Origin: Eledone cirrhosa
Taxonomy: Eukaryota
Direction: 5' to 3'
DNA length: 64,000 nt
Assembly (NCBI GenBank): GCA_964016885.1
Contig: OZ024743.1
Span: 93,744,001 to 93,808,000 of the forward strand
Part shown: one piece after another, positions 50,530-64,000 of the stretch
Layout of the letters: each line of letters starts with the position of its first letter
Numbering within the stretch: the first letter of the stretch is position 1
Position numbers and translations under genes: made by a program
The notes under the pieces: model-generated
Told to the model about the DNA's origin: nothing
Seen by the model: the letters and a program-made list of their open reading frames with translations, nothing else
Databases searched by the model: none

Positions 50530-51890
50530 AGGCATGCAAGGTCAGTTTGTATCACCTCATCCCAAGTCTTCCTGGGTCTCTCCACTCCATGGGTTCCAAT
50601 GATTTTGAGCGCTCTGCACTTTTTTATACAGCTGCGATTCTTCATACGCATCACATGTCCATATAAACGCAATCTCCTCTCCTGCACACTGTATCTGATT
50701 CCTCTTATGCCTAGTTTCTTTCTCAGTACGTTTATGGTTTGCCATTTGTGTATATTAATATTACACATCCATCAGAGCATGCAAGCTTCATTTCTTTCTA
50801 ATCTACGTAAGTCTTCCACACAGATTGCCCAGGTCTCACTAACATGCAACATTGCTGTCCATATGCATGCATCATTCAGTCTACCTTTCATTTTGAGGAA
50901 AAAGCCTTTTGTAGCTAGCAGTGGTAAGCAGCTCTCTGAACTTCTTCCATCCCGTTCTTACTCTGGCTACTGTACTTTCAGAACACCCACCTCCATTGCT
51001 AATTTGGTCATCCAGGTAGCAGAAGCTGTCTACTGTTTCTACCAAGCCTTCCCAGAATTTGATAGTGTTTGTTTCCTGTGGTCATTTGCTGTTTACTGCC
51101 CTGGTGCAACCAATACATGTAAAGCTTACATTCTTAGCTAAACTTCCAGAGATCCCACATCTCTAGTATACCCATGGTTTGCATTTGGAGCAGAGGATGG
51201 AGTTTCTATCTACATCTTTCCTACACACTGAGCAAGTCCATTTTCCTGAGGGGATAAATGTCTGTTTTCTCTTCTACTTTCTAGGACCTTAGTCTTTGTC
51301 AGGTTGACTTTAAGACCCTTTTTTCTAGGCCCTACTTCCATGTTTGAAATTTCTTCTCTAGTTCTGCTATGAGTGTGAGATCATTGCGTACAGGAGTTCC
51401 CACGGGTAGCCGGTCTTAAACTCCTCTGTACTCTAAATTCCTCACTATAGTCATTGTTAATCCTAACTTTGATGACTGCTTCCCTATACATGGCCTGTAC
51501 AGCCTTCACAAGCCACTTGTCTACTCCTAGCTTTTTAAGAGCCCACCAGATTATGGCATGGGGCACTCTGTTGAAAGCTTTTTGCAGATCGACAAATGCC
51601 AGGTAGAGTGGCTTACTTTTAGCTAGGTACTTTTCCTGTAACTGCTTCACCAGGAAGAGAGCATCTGTGGTGCTTTTGCCTGGTACTAATCCAAACTGCA
51701 TCTCATCTAGATTTACCAGGTTTCTAATAAGCTGTGTTATAATTCTTTCTGTTACTTTCAAGACCTGGTCCAGCTTGATGCCTCTATAGTTTCCTCTGCC
51801 TAGTGCATCCTCTTTACCCTTGTAGCAGTTGACAATCATGCTGTTGTGCCAACCATTCGGTATGACACCCTCTAGTATTACTTGGTTTAC
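50530..51890 (-). mobile_element. RTE LINE RT region, decayed
   Basis: NYRGIKL, QFG.VPGKSTTDA, AFVDLQKAF and RLRLYGHV. Confidence 0.9.
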
Positions 51891-52586
51891 ATATAAATAT
51901 ATATGGTGGCTGCCAACTCGTTTTCGAGTACGGCCACTACTTTATATCCATGTAGGAGAACCCCTACCGATGCGCTGAACGAGTGTGACTTTTTAGTCCA
52001 GCCAGCAACTTGAAAACTCTGGTACAAACACTACACTTGTGACAATTATTGACACATAGTGCTGGGCCCATGGTACCATGTGACGACGTGCAGAGAGATC
52101 TCCAGATATAAAGCAATGCCTGTGCTGTGAAGCTTTTATAGTGAGCAAAAGCACTGCACAAAGCCAGTCCCACTCTCTTAACCAAGATGATATTTACCAA
52201 AAAGAAGAACAAGTCAACATCATTGGAAACCATCAGGGTTGCAGGTGTTATATCAGAGTTTTCCTTCTCCTAGAATTCTGCCTTGACAAAGGCTAAGGGG
52301 TCATCTCTCCCGGTGATTTTGGATGGCCATTGACTCTTAAGAGCTCCTTTGCCCTTTGACAGGTTTTGTTTTTAGTCCTGCAGGATGTCCAAAGTCACCC
52401 TCCTCACCAAGAAACCTTGGTGGGGTTGCCAGTTTAGTCGCGCAACGACCCGACCATGGTACAGGTTGTACTGGGATACATTTTACCAGTAGCACCAACT
52501 AAATATATATATATTTATATATACACACACACGTATATACATACATATATATATATATATACATACATACATACATATATATATAT

Positions 52587-52920
52587 GGAGGCACATGGCT
52601 TAGTGGTTAGAGCATTGGCCTTGCAATCAAAAGGTTGTGAGTTCAATTCTCAGACCGGCTGATGTGTTGTTTCCTTGAGCAAGACACTTTATTTCATATT
52701 GCTCCAGTTTACTCAGCTGTAGAAATGAGATGATAGGGACTGGGGTCCATATCACTCCACTGCAAAGTGGTTGTGGAGGTGCAAAAAAAGCACCCAGCAC
52801 TCACTGTAAATGAGGTTGGTGTTAGGAAGGGCATCCAGCTGTAGAAATCAAGCCAGAATCAGTTCCCGTCCCACCCTTGCAAGCAGGGAAAAAGCGGACG
52901 TAAAATGGAATGATGATGAT
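52587..52920 (+). mobile_element. tRNA-derived SINE, family B, with RTE-LINE 3' tail
   Basis: A box TGGCTTAGTGG, B box GAGTTCAATTC; tail CCCTTGCAAGCAGGGAAAA..GGACGTAAAATG(GAT)n matches the RTE 3' end. Confidence 0.92.
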
Positions 52921-53639
52921 ATATATATACTCGTGAGTTTTCAACCTAATGAGGGTAGGATTTATAACCATTTTAGAACTCGATGTAGTGTTGATGTGAA
53001 TAATACATCACGGGTAGACACCAGAATAGATGAGCTGATGGTATGGATTTACTTAATTGCCATCGATCAGACTGTACATCGATAATGTTGCTCTCCAAAA
53101 CGATCGTAAATTTTTTTTAGTTTTTTAAAAATAAATTCGTAATCTTTCTCTCTCTCTCTATATATATATGAGTTTATATATATATATATACCTATTTATA
53201 TGTGTGTGTATTTATATATATGTATATAAATAGGTATATATAAATGTTTCTCAGCATAGGAACAACAATCTGGTTAGAACCGGTATAAAAGGATGTATGT
53301 ATCTATCTATCTATCTATCTATCTATATTATATAAATATATTTACACAAACATGTTCGCGTGTGAATATTGAAGCGGTAATTTCCGTCACCAATAACAGG
53401 ATATAATTTCATATTTGCAACACATAGAATTTTATTTCTTTAGAAATTACAAAAAATGGAAAGAACAAATGTATTCGAAGAAAGTAAAAAACAAGGAATC
53501 ACTAGCTGACAAGGATGAAGGCCGATATAAGCTATCATCTAATTGGATAATTCAAAACGAAATTTTCTATGCAAAATTGAGCAATTTTATCTTGCAACTT
53601 TTAAAGAATATTATTTTAATTGTAATTAACTATTGATTG

Positions 53640-53993
53640 AAAAAATATTACACTAAATAAAACAAGTGGAATTCTTAATTTATTTTCGTGTAGTAAATAA
53701 GTTGAGTGATCGTTGAAATTCCATCGTTTACGATCAACTAATAAAAAATCACGTTGTAACTGTTTTTCGGTCACTTCGGTTAATTCCGTAACTAGACTCG
53801 TTAAATTTTACAACAATTATTTCAGTATAATTTATTTTCTAATGAATTATTTCAAGTTTCTTTTTACGTAATCTGAAAATCATTCAAATATATTTCGTAA
53901 AATTATATTGTTAATTTATATTCTTGTCCTCGCCCGACGTTGATTACTCGTTCCTTTTCGTTGGATGCTAGTTCAAAGTGTGAGCAGTGAAAC
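53640..53993 (+). promoter_or_regulatory. Probable promoter/5' UTR of the transportin gene
   Basis: Repeat-free, locally CpG-richer sequence immediately upstream of the ATG. No transcription start can be assigned. Confidence 0.45.
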
Positions 53994-54092
53994 ATGGCGT
54001 GGTCTCCAGAAGAAAATGGACTGCGTCAAATTCTACAATTATTAAAAGAATCTCAATCTCCTGATACAGCTGCACAGCGAGCCGTTCAACAA
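53994..54092 (+). CDS. TNPO1: Transportin-1 / karyopherin-beta2, first coding exon
   Basis: Translates to [33 protein letters not shown], matching the recalled transportin N-terminus ([24 protein letters not shown]). Kozak-like AACATGG; ends at donor GTATCCTT. Not in the ORF track because it is short. Confidence 0.95.
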
Positions 54093-54391
54093 GTATCCTT
54101 TTAATCATTACCTTTGGTATAATTAATTTTATAACAAATCTTTAATTTATATTTCTCTATCATTTATATGAGGAGTGGAAAAGGGAGTAAATTGTTACCC
54201 CACGTGTTTTTAAAGGATTTAAGTTTTATACATTATTTAGATTGCTCGTCTTTGTTAAATCTACCCCAAGATTTATTTTGTAACTCTAAAAACCTTTAAT
54301 TTTATGTAATTTTCCCCCCGCCTCCATTGAAGTCTTTTATTCTAAGCGTCTATCAAGCAATGTGGCTTATGCCCTTAACAGCTGTTCACAG
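54093..54391 (+). other. U12-type GT-AG intron (299 nt)
   Basis: 5' site GTATCCTTT; branch site CCTTAAC at 54373-54379, about 12 nt before CAG; no polypyrimidine tract. Confidence 0.92.
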
Positions 54392-54467
54392 AAACTTGAG
54401 GAATTGAATACCTACCCTGACTTCAACAATTACCTCATTTTTGTGCTGACTAAATTAAAATCTGAAG
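54392..54467 (+). CDS. TNPO1: Transportin-1, second coding exon (76 nt)
   Basis: After CACAG it reads [25 protein letters not shown], in frame with exon 1, and ends at a canonical G|GTAAG donor. Confidence 0.95.
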
Positions 54468-55483
54468 GTAAGACTAGTTTTTAACCTTGCCTCCATCTTC
54501 TCGACCTCATGTCATGTTTCGTCGTTCAAAAATTCTTGTGATCTCCAGCAGCGAGTGAGTGAAAGAATAGGATTTAGTACGAAGGAAAATGTTTCAATTA
54601 GGATTTTCCCCAATAAATAAATCGAGGAAAGATTCTGAACTCATTTACCCTACATATTACTCCAATTAAATAGATACGTGTGTATATATAGATTTACTTA
54701 TATAATGAATATATCTTAGATTACTTTTTTGATGATTGAGTTCTTAATTGAGTTTGTGAATACACTTGTTTCCACGATTAAACGCATCCATATATATTCG
54801 TTAAATCTTAAATAAATCACCCTTACGTGTCAACCACTTATCATTACTTGCCGGTTTTGTTCACAGTGCATCTTTATTAGTTAAATAAGCTATCATTACA
54901 TTTCGCCCTTCACCGATTGCTATTACTAAATATATTTGCGCTTTATATATATATAGGTGTATACGATAAAGTTTAATCTCAATCTATTTAGACTAGATAG
55001 AATAGGCTTTGAGAGAGATAAAAAAAAATGATAAAGATAATGGAAAGAACCATAAATCTCAAATGACGCAGTAACAATATGTAATCTATTGTCACCCTTG
55101 GAGTGTTGCTTTTTTTCAGTTTACATGAACATGGATGAACCAATTGTCTGTGCTACATACATGCATTCATAAAAACAGATCATTTCCTCTCCCATTACAT
55201 AGTTTTCGTAATAACTAATCAATTTATCGATCTGTAAATTTTCTCCATGTTTGTGTTCATGTATTTTCCCGTGTCTCTTTCTAATCTATTTATTTCCGTT
55301 TGAGAATTTTTTTTTTCTTCTGTTCGTGTCTAAAAATAACACGAATATTTATTTTAATGGATGCAACCAAGGAGGGGCGAGTTGTCCAAATCCTACAAGT
55401 CGATGTTAATTATATGCGTAGAGATAGTGAAATTACTTCCGTGATGGTTGCCAATAGTTACTTCCCCATTTCTCTATAGACAC

Positions 55484-55484
55484 T

Positions 55485-55515
<31 letters not shown>

Positions 55516-55580
55516 TATATTCAGCGAGAATCGCATTTCGGCGGGTAGAAAAAGCGAAACGTAACGTAAATTCCGAGTCA

Positions 55581-55617
<37 letters not shown>

Positions 55618-58600
55618 TGTGTCTGTATAGATATGTGATATGTATGTGTATGTATAGATATGTGATATATAGTGTGTGCGTGTGTGTGTGTATGTATAGA
55701 TATATATAGTGTGTGTATGTATAGATATAGTGTGTGTGTATGTATAGATATATATAGTGTCTGTATGTATAGATATAGTGTGTGTGTATGTATAGATATA
55801 TATAGTGTGTGTGTGTGTATGTATAGATATATATAGTGTGTGTGTGTGTATGTATAGATATATAGTGTGTGCGTGTGTATGTATATATATATAGTGTGTG
55901 TGAATGTATAGATATTGTGTGAATGTATAGATATAGTGTGTGTATGTATAGATATAGTGTGTGTATCTAGAGATATAGTGTGTGTGTATGTATAGATATA
56001 GTGTGTGTGTATGTATAGATATAGTGTGTGTGTATCTAGAGATATAGTGTGTGTGTATGTATAGATATAGTGTGTGTGTGTGTATGTATAGATATATATA
56101 TAGTGTGTGTGTATGTATAGATATGTATAGATATATATAGTTTGTGTGTATGGATAGATATATATAGCGTGTGTATGGATAGATATATATAGCGTGTGTA
56201 TGGATAGATATATATAGCGTGTGTATGGATAGATATATATAGCGTGTGTATGGATAGATATATATAGCGTGTGTATGGATAGATATATATAGCGTGTGTA
56301 TGTATAGATATATATAGTGTGCGTATGTATAGATATATATAGTGTGCGTATGTATAGATATATATAGTGTGCGTATGTATAGATATATATAGTGTGCGTA
56401 TGTATAGATATATATAGCGTGTGTATGTATAGATATATATAGTGTGTGTGTGTGTATGTATAGATATATATAGTGTGTGTGTGTATGTATAGATATATAT
56501 AGTGTGTGTGTGTATGTATAGATATATATAGTGTGTGTGTGTATGTATAGATATATATAGTGTGTGTGTGTGTGTGTATGTATAGATATATATAGTGTGT
56601 GTGTGTGTGTGTATGTATAGATATATATAGTGTGTGTGTATGTATAGATATATATAGTGTGTATGTATAGATGTATAGTGTGTGTGTATGTATAGATAAA
56701 TGTATAGTGTGTGTGTATGTATAGATGTATAGTGTGTGTGTATGTATAGATAAATGTATAGTGTGTGTGTATGTATAGATAGATGTATAGTGTGTGTATG
56801 TATAGATATATATATAGTGTGTGTGTTTGTGTATGTATAGATATGTGATATGTATATATATATATAGTGTATGTATATATATATATATAGTGTATGTATA
56901 TATATATATAGTGTATGTATATATATAGTGTATGTATATATATATATAGTGTATGTATATATATATATAGTGTATGTATATATATATATAGTGTATGTAT
57001 ATATATATATAGTGTATGTATATATATATATAGTGTATGTATATATATATATATGTGTATGTATATATATATATATATATAGTGTATGTATATATATATA
57101 TATATAGTGTATGTATATATATATATATATAGTGTATGTATATATATATATATATAGTGTATGTATATATATATATATAGTGTATGTATATATATATAGT
57201 GTATGTATATATATATATATATAGTGTATGTATATATATATATATAGTGTATGTGTATATATATATATATAGTGTATGTGTATATATATATATATAGTGT
57301 ATGTATATATATATATATAGTGTATGTATATATATAGTGTATGTATATATATAGTGTATGTATATATATAGTGTATGTGTATATATAGATATATATATAG
57401 TGTATGTATATATATAGTGTATGTATGTATATATATAGTGTATGTATGTATATATATATAGTGTATGTATGTATATATATATAGTGTATGTATGTATATA
57501 TATATAGTGTATGTATATATATATATATATAGTGTATGTATATATATATATATATAGTGTATGTATATATATATATATATAGTGTATGTATATATATATA
57601 TATATAGTGTATGTATGTATATATATATATAGTGTATGTATGTATATATAGAGTGTATGTGTATATATATATATATATATACTCTTTTACTCTTTTACCT
57701 GTTTCAGCCATCCGGCTGAGGCCATGCTGGGGCACATAGTGTATATTTATATATAAAGTATGTATATATATATATAGTATGTATGTATGTATATATATAT
57801 ATAGTGTGTGTATATATATAGTGTGTATGTATGTGTGTGTATATATATAGTGTGTATGTATGTATATGTATATATAGTGTGTATGTATGTATATGTATAT
57901 ATAGTGTGTATGTATGTATATGTATATATAGTGTGTATGTATATGTATATATAGTGTGTATGTATATGTATATATAGTGTGTATGTATATGTATATATAG
58001 TGTGTATGTATATGTATATATAGTGTGTATGTATATGTATATATAGTGTGTATGTATATGTATATATAGTGTGTATGTATATGTATATATAGTGTGTATG
58101 TATATGTATATATAGTGTGTATGTATATGTATATATAGTGTGTATGTATATGTATATATAGTGTGTATGTATATGTATATATAGTGTGTATGTATATGTA
58201 TATATATAGTGTATGTATATGTATATATAGTGTATGTATATGTATATATAGTGTATGTATATGTATATATAGTGTATGTATATGTATATATAGTGTATGT
58301 ATATGTATATATAGTGTATGTATATGTATATATAGTGTATGTATATGTATATATAGTGTATGTATATGTATATATAGTGTATGTATATGTATATATAGTG
58401 TATGTATATATATAGTATGTATATATATAGTATATGAATATATATATAGTATATGTATATATATAGTATATGTATATATATATATATATAGTATATATAT
58501 ATATATAGTATATGTATATATATATAGTATATATATATATATATAGTATATGTATATGTATATATATATATAGTATATGTATATATATATAGTATATGTA

Positions 58601-58839
58601 TATAGTATATGTATATATATATAGTATATGTATATATATATAGTATATGTATATATAGTATATGTATATATATATAGTATATGTATATATATATAGTATA
58701 TATATATAGTATATGTATATGTATGTATGTATATGTATATATATATATATATATAGTATATGTATATATATGTATATATATGTATATGTATATGTATATA
58801 TATATATATATAGTATATGTATATATATGTATATATATG

Positions 58840-58870
<31 letters not shown>

Positions 58871-58889
58871 AGTATATGTATATATATGT

Positions 58890-58923
<34 letters not shown>

Positions 58924-61900
58924 AGTATATGTATATGTATATATATATATGTATATGTATATATATATATGTATATGTATATATGTATATATATATATGT
59001 ATATGTATATATATATATGTATATGTATATATGTATATATATATATGTATATGTATATATATGTATAGTATATGTATATGTATATATATATATAGTATAT
59101 GTATATATATATATAGTATATGTATATGTATATATATATATAGTATATGTATATATATATATAGTATATGTATATATATATATAGTATATGTATATGTAT
59201 ATATATATATAGTATATGTATATGTATATATATATATAGTATATGTATATGTATATATATATATAGTATATGTATATGTATATATATATATAGTATATGT
59301 ATATGTATATATATGTATATGTATATGTATATATATATATAGTATATGTATATGTATATATATATATAGTATATGTATATGTATATATATATAGTATATG
59401 TATATATATATAGTATATGTATATATATATAGTATATGTATATATATATAGTATATGTATATAGTATATGTATGTATATATGTATATGTATGTATATGTA
59501 TATATATATATAGTATATGTATATATATATAGTATATGTATATATATATAGTATATGTATATATGTATATGTATATAGTATATGTATATATATATATAGT
59601 ATATATATAGTATATGTGTATATATATATAGTATATATATATAGTATATGTATATATATATAGTATATGTATATATATATAGTATATGTATATATATATA
59701 GTATATGTATATATATATATAGTATATGTATATATATATATATAGTATATGTATATGTATATATATATATAGTATATGTATATGTATATATATATAGTAT
59801 ATGTATATATATATATAGTATATGTATATGTATATATATATATAGTATATGTATATGTATATATATATAGTATATGTATATATATATATAGTATATGTAT
59901 ATGTATATATATATAGTATATGTATATATATATATAGTATATGTATATGTATATATATATAGTATATGTATATATATATATAGTATATGTATATGTATAT
60001 ATATATATAGTATATGTATATGTATATATATATAGTATATGTATATATATATATAGTATATGTATATGTATATATATATATAGTATATGTATATGTATAT
60101 ATATATATAGTATATGTATATGTATATATATATATAGTATATGTATATATATATATAGTATATGTATATATATATATAGTATATGTATATATATATATAG
60201 TATATATATATATATATAGTATATATATATATATAGTATATATATATATATAGTATATATATATATATATAGTATATATATATATATAGTATATATATAT
60301 ATATAGTATATATATATATAGTATATGTATATATATATATAGTATATGTATATATATATATAGTGTATGTATATATATAGTATATGTATGTATATATATA
60401 GTATATGTATGTATATATATAGTATATGTATGTATATATATAGTATATGTATGTATATATATAGTATATGTATGTATATATATAGTATATGTATGTATAT
60501 ATATAGTATATGTATGTATATATATAGTATATGTATGTATATATATAGTATATGTATGTATATATATAGTATATGTATGTATATATAGTATATGTATGTA
60601 TATATATAGTATATGTATGTATGTATATATATAGTATATGTATGTATGTATATATAGTATATGTATGTATGTATATATATAGTATATGTATATATATATA
60701 TAGTATATGTATATATATATATAGTATATGTATATATATATTTATAGTATATGTATATATATATATATAGTATATGTATATATATATATATAGTATATGT
60801 ATATATATATATATAGTATATGTATATATATATATATAGTATATGTATATATATATATAGTATATGTATATATATATATAGTATATGTATATATATATAT
60901 AGTATATGTATATATATATATAGTATATGTATATATATATATAGTATATGTATATATATATAGTATATGTATATATATATAGTATGTATATATATATAGT
61001 ATATATATATATATAGTATATATATATATAGTATATGTATATATATATAGTATATGTATATATATATTGTATATATATATATAGTATATGTATATATATA
61101 TAGTGTATATATATATAGTATATATATATATATATATATATAGTATATATATATATATATATAGTATATATATATATATATAGTATATATATATATATAT
61201 AGTATATATATATATATATAGTATATATATATATATATAGTATATATATATATATATAGTATATATATATATATATAGTATATATATATATATAGTATAT
61301 ATATATATATATAGTATATATATATATATATAGTATATATATATATATATAGTATATATATATATATAGTATATGTATATATATATATAGTATATGTATA
61401 TATATATATAGTATATGTATATATATATATAGTATATATATATATATAGTATATGTATATATATATAGTATATGTATATATATATATAGTATATGTATAT
61501 ATATATATATAGTATATGTATATATATATATATAGTATATGTATATATATATATATAGTATATGTATATATATATATATAGTATATGTATATATATATAT
61601 ATAGTATATGTATATATATATATATAGTATATGTATATATATATATATAGTATATGTATATATATATATATAGTATATGTATATATATATATATAGTATA
61701 TGTATATATATATATATAGTATATGTATATATATATATATAGTATATGTGTATATATATATATAGTATATGTGTATATATATATATAGTATATGTGTATA
61801 TATATATATAGTATATGTATATATATATATAGTATATGTATATATATATATATAGTATATGTATATATATATATATAGTATATGTATATATATATATATA

Positions 61901-62549
61901 GTATATGTATATATATATATATATATAGTATATGTATATATATATATATAGTATATGTATATATATATATATAGTATATGTATATATATATATATAGTAT
62001 ATGTATGTATATATATATAGTATATGTATGTATATATATATAGTATATGTATGTATATATATATAGTATATGTATATATATATAGTATATGTATATATAG
62101 AGTATATGTATATATAGAGTATATGTATATATAGAGTATATGTATATATAGAGTATATGTATATATAGAGTATATGTATATATAGAGTATATGTATATAT
62201 ATGTAAGTATATATATATATATATATATATATGTAAGTATATATATATATATATGTATGTATGTATGTATGTATATATGTATGTATGTATGTATGTATAT
62301 ATGTATGTATGTATGTATATATATATGTATGTATGTATGTATATATATATGTATGTATGTATGTATATGTATGTATGTATGTATGTATATATATATATGT
62401 ATGTATGTATATATATATATGTATGTATGTATATATGTATATATATATATATGTATGTATGTATATATGTATATATATATATATGTATATATGTATATAT
62501 ATATATATGTATGTATGTATATATGTATATATATATATATGTATGTATG

Positions 62550-62583
<34 letters not shown>

Positions 62584-62897
62584 TATATATATGTATGTAT
62601 GTATGTATATATATATGTATGTATGTATGTATGTATATATATATGTATGTATGTATATATGTATATATATATATATGTATGTATATATGTATATATATAT
62701 ATATGTATGTATGTATATATGTATATATATATATATGTATGTATGTATATATGTATATATATATATATGTATGTATGTATATATGTATATATGTATATAT
62801 GTATATATATATATATGTATGTATGTATATATGTATATATATATATATGTATGTATGTATATATGTATATATATATATATGTATGTATGTATATATG

Positions 62898-62928
<31 letters not shown>

Positions 62929-62987
62929 GTATGTATGTATATATATATATATGTATGTATGTATATATGTATATATATGTATATATG

Positions 62988-63022
<35 letters not shown>

Positions 63023-63027
63023 ATATG

Positions 63028-63100
<73 letters not shown>

Positions 63101-63105
63101 ATATG

Positions 63106-63138
<33 letters not shown>

Positions 63139-63263
63139 ATATGTATATATATATATATGTATGTATGTATATATGTATATATATATATATGTATGTATGT
63201 ATATATGTATATATATATATATGTATGTATGTATATATGTATATATATATATATGTATGTATG

Positions 63264-63297
<34 letters not shown>

Positions 63298-63891
63298 TAT
63301 ATATATGTATGTATGTATATATGTATATATATATATATGTATGTATGTATATATGTATATATATATATATGTATGTATGTATATATGTATATATATATAT
63401 ATGTATGTATGTATATATGTATATATATATATATGTATGTATGTATATATGTATATATATATATATGTATGTATGTATATATGTATATATATATATATGT
63501 ATGTATGTATATATGTATATATATATATATGTATGTATGTATATATGTATATATATATATATGTATGTATGTATATATGTATATATATATATATGTATGT
63601 ATGTATATATGTATATATATATATATGTATGTATGTATATATGTATATATATATATATGTATGTATGTATATATGTATATATATATATATGTATGTATGT
63701 ATATATGTATATATATATATATGTATGTATGTATATATGTATATATATATATATGTATGTATGTATATATGTATATATATATATATGTATGTATGTATAT
63801 ATGTATATATATATATATGTATATATGTATATATATATATATGTATGTATGTATATATGTATATATATATATATGTATGTATGTATATATG

Positions 63892-63956
<65 letters not shown>

Positions 63957-64000
63957 ATATGTATATATATATATAATATATGTATGTATGTATATATGTA
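55484..64000. repeat. Giant compound (TA)/(TG)/(AG) microsatellite-minisatellite in transportin intron 2
   Basis: >8 kb of drifting units such as GTATGTATAGATATATATAGTGT, AGTATATGTATATATATAT and GTATGTATGTATATAT; runs off the window end. Confidence 0.97.

Noticed and set aside
52587-52660. tRNA gene
   Set aside because: It is the tRNA-like head of a multi-copy SINE with no proper acceptor stem.
52930-53120. First exon of a divergent minus-strand gene
   Set aside because: CpG-richer unique sequence with ATGGCAATTAA|GTAAAT, but no downstream exon or protein could be recognised.
55474-57735. 753-aa minus-strand ORF, and likewise the 571-aa ORF at 62261-63976 and nearby Y/I/V/M/C-rich ORFs
   Set aside because: Translations of microsatellite that happens to lack stops in those frames; no protein signal.

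Overview
AT-rich, repeat-dominated eukaryotic DNA. The SINE/RTE-LINE repertoire and very long (TA)n/(TG)n tracts suggest an octopus or other cephalopod; this is inference from recall, not a search. The only host gene I can support is the 5' end of a transportin-1/karyopherin-beta2 gene (two coding exons, 53994-54467). Its first intron is a U12-type (minor spliceosome) GT-AG intron and its second intron holds a >8 kb compound microsatellite. The rest is nested mobile DNA: two decayed hAT (Buster/Charlie) transposons, a mariner, two Ty3/Gypsy-type LTR elements, several RTE LINEs, an R4-like fragment, a Naiad-type Penelope fragment, Helitron-like ends, MITEs and tRNA-derived SINEs. Most notable: (1) minimal type I hammerhead ribozymes inside fold-back palindromes next to (TA)n tracts, including an inverted pair in a ~640 bp hairpin; (2) an LTR element whose primer-binding position is complementary to the first 12 nt of tRNA-Phe rather than to a tRNA 3' CCA end; (3) the U12 intron. 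All matches were made by eye, and repeat boundaries are approximate unless a target-site duplication (TSD) is quoted.
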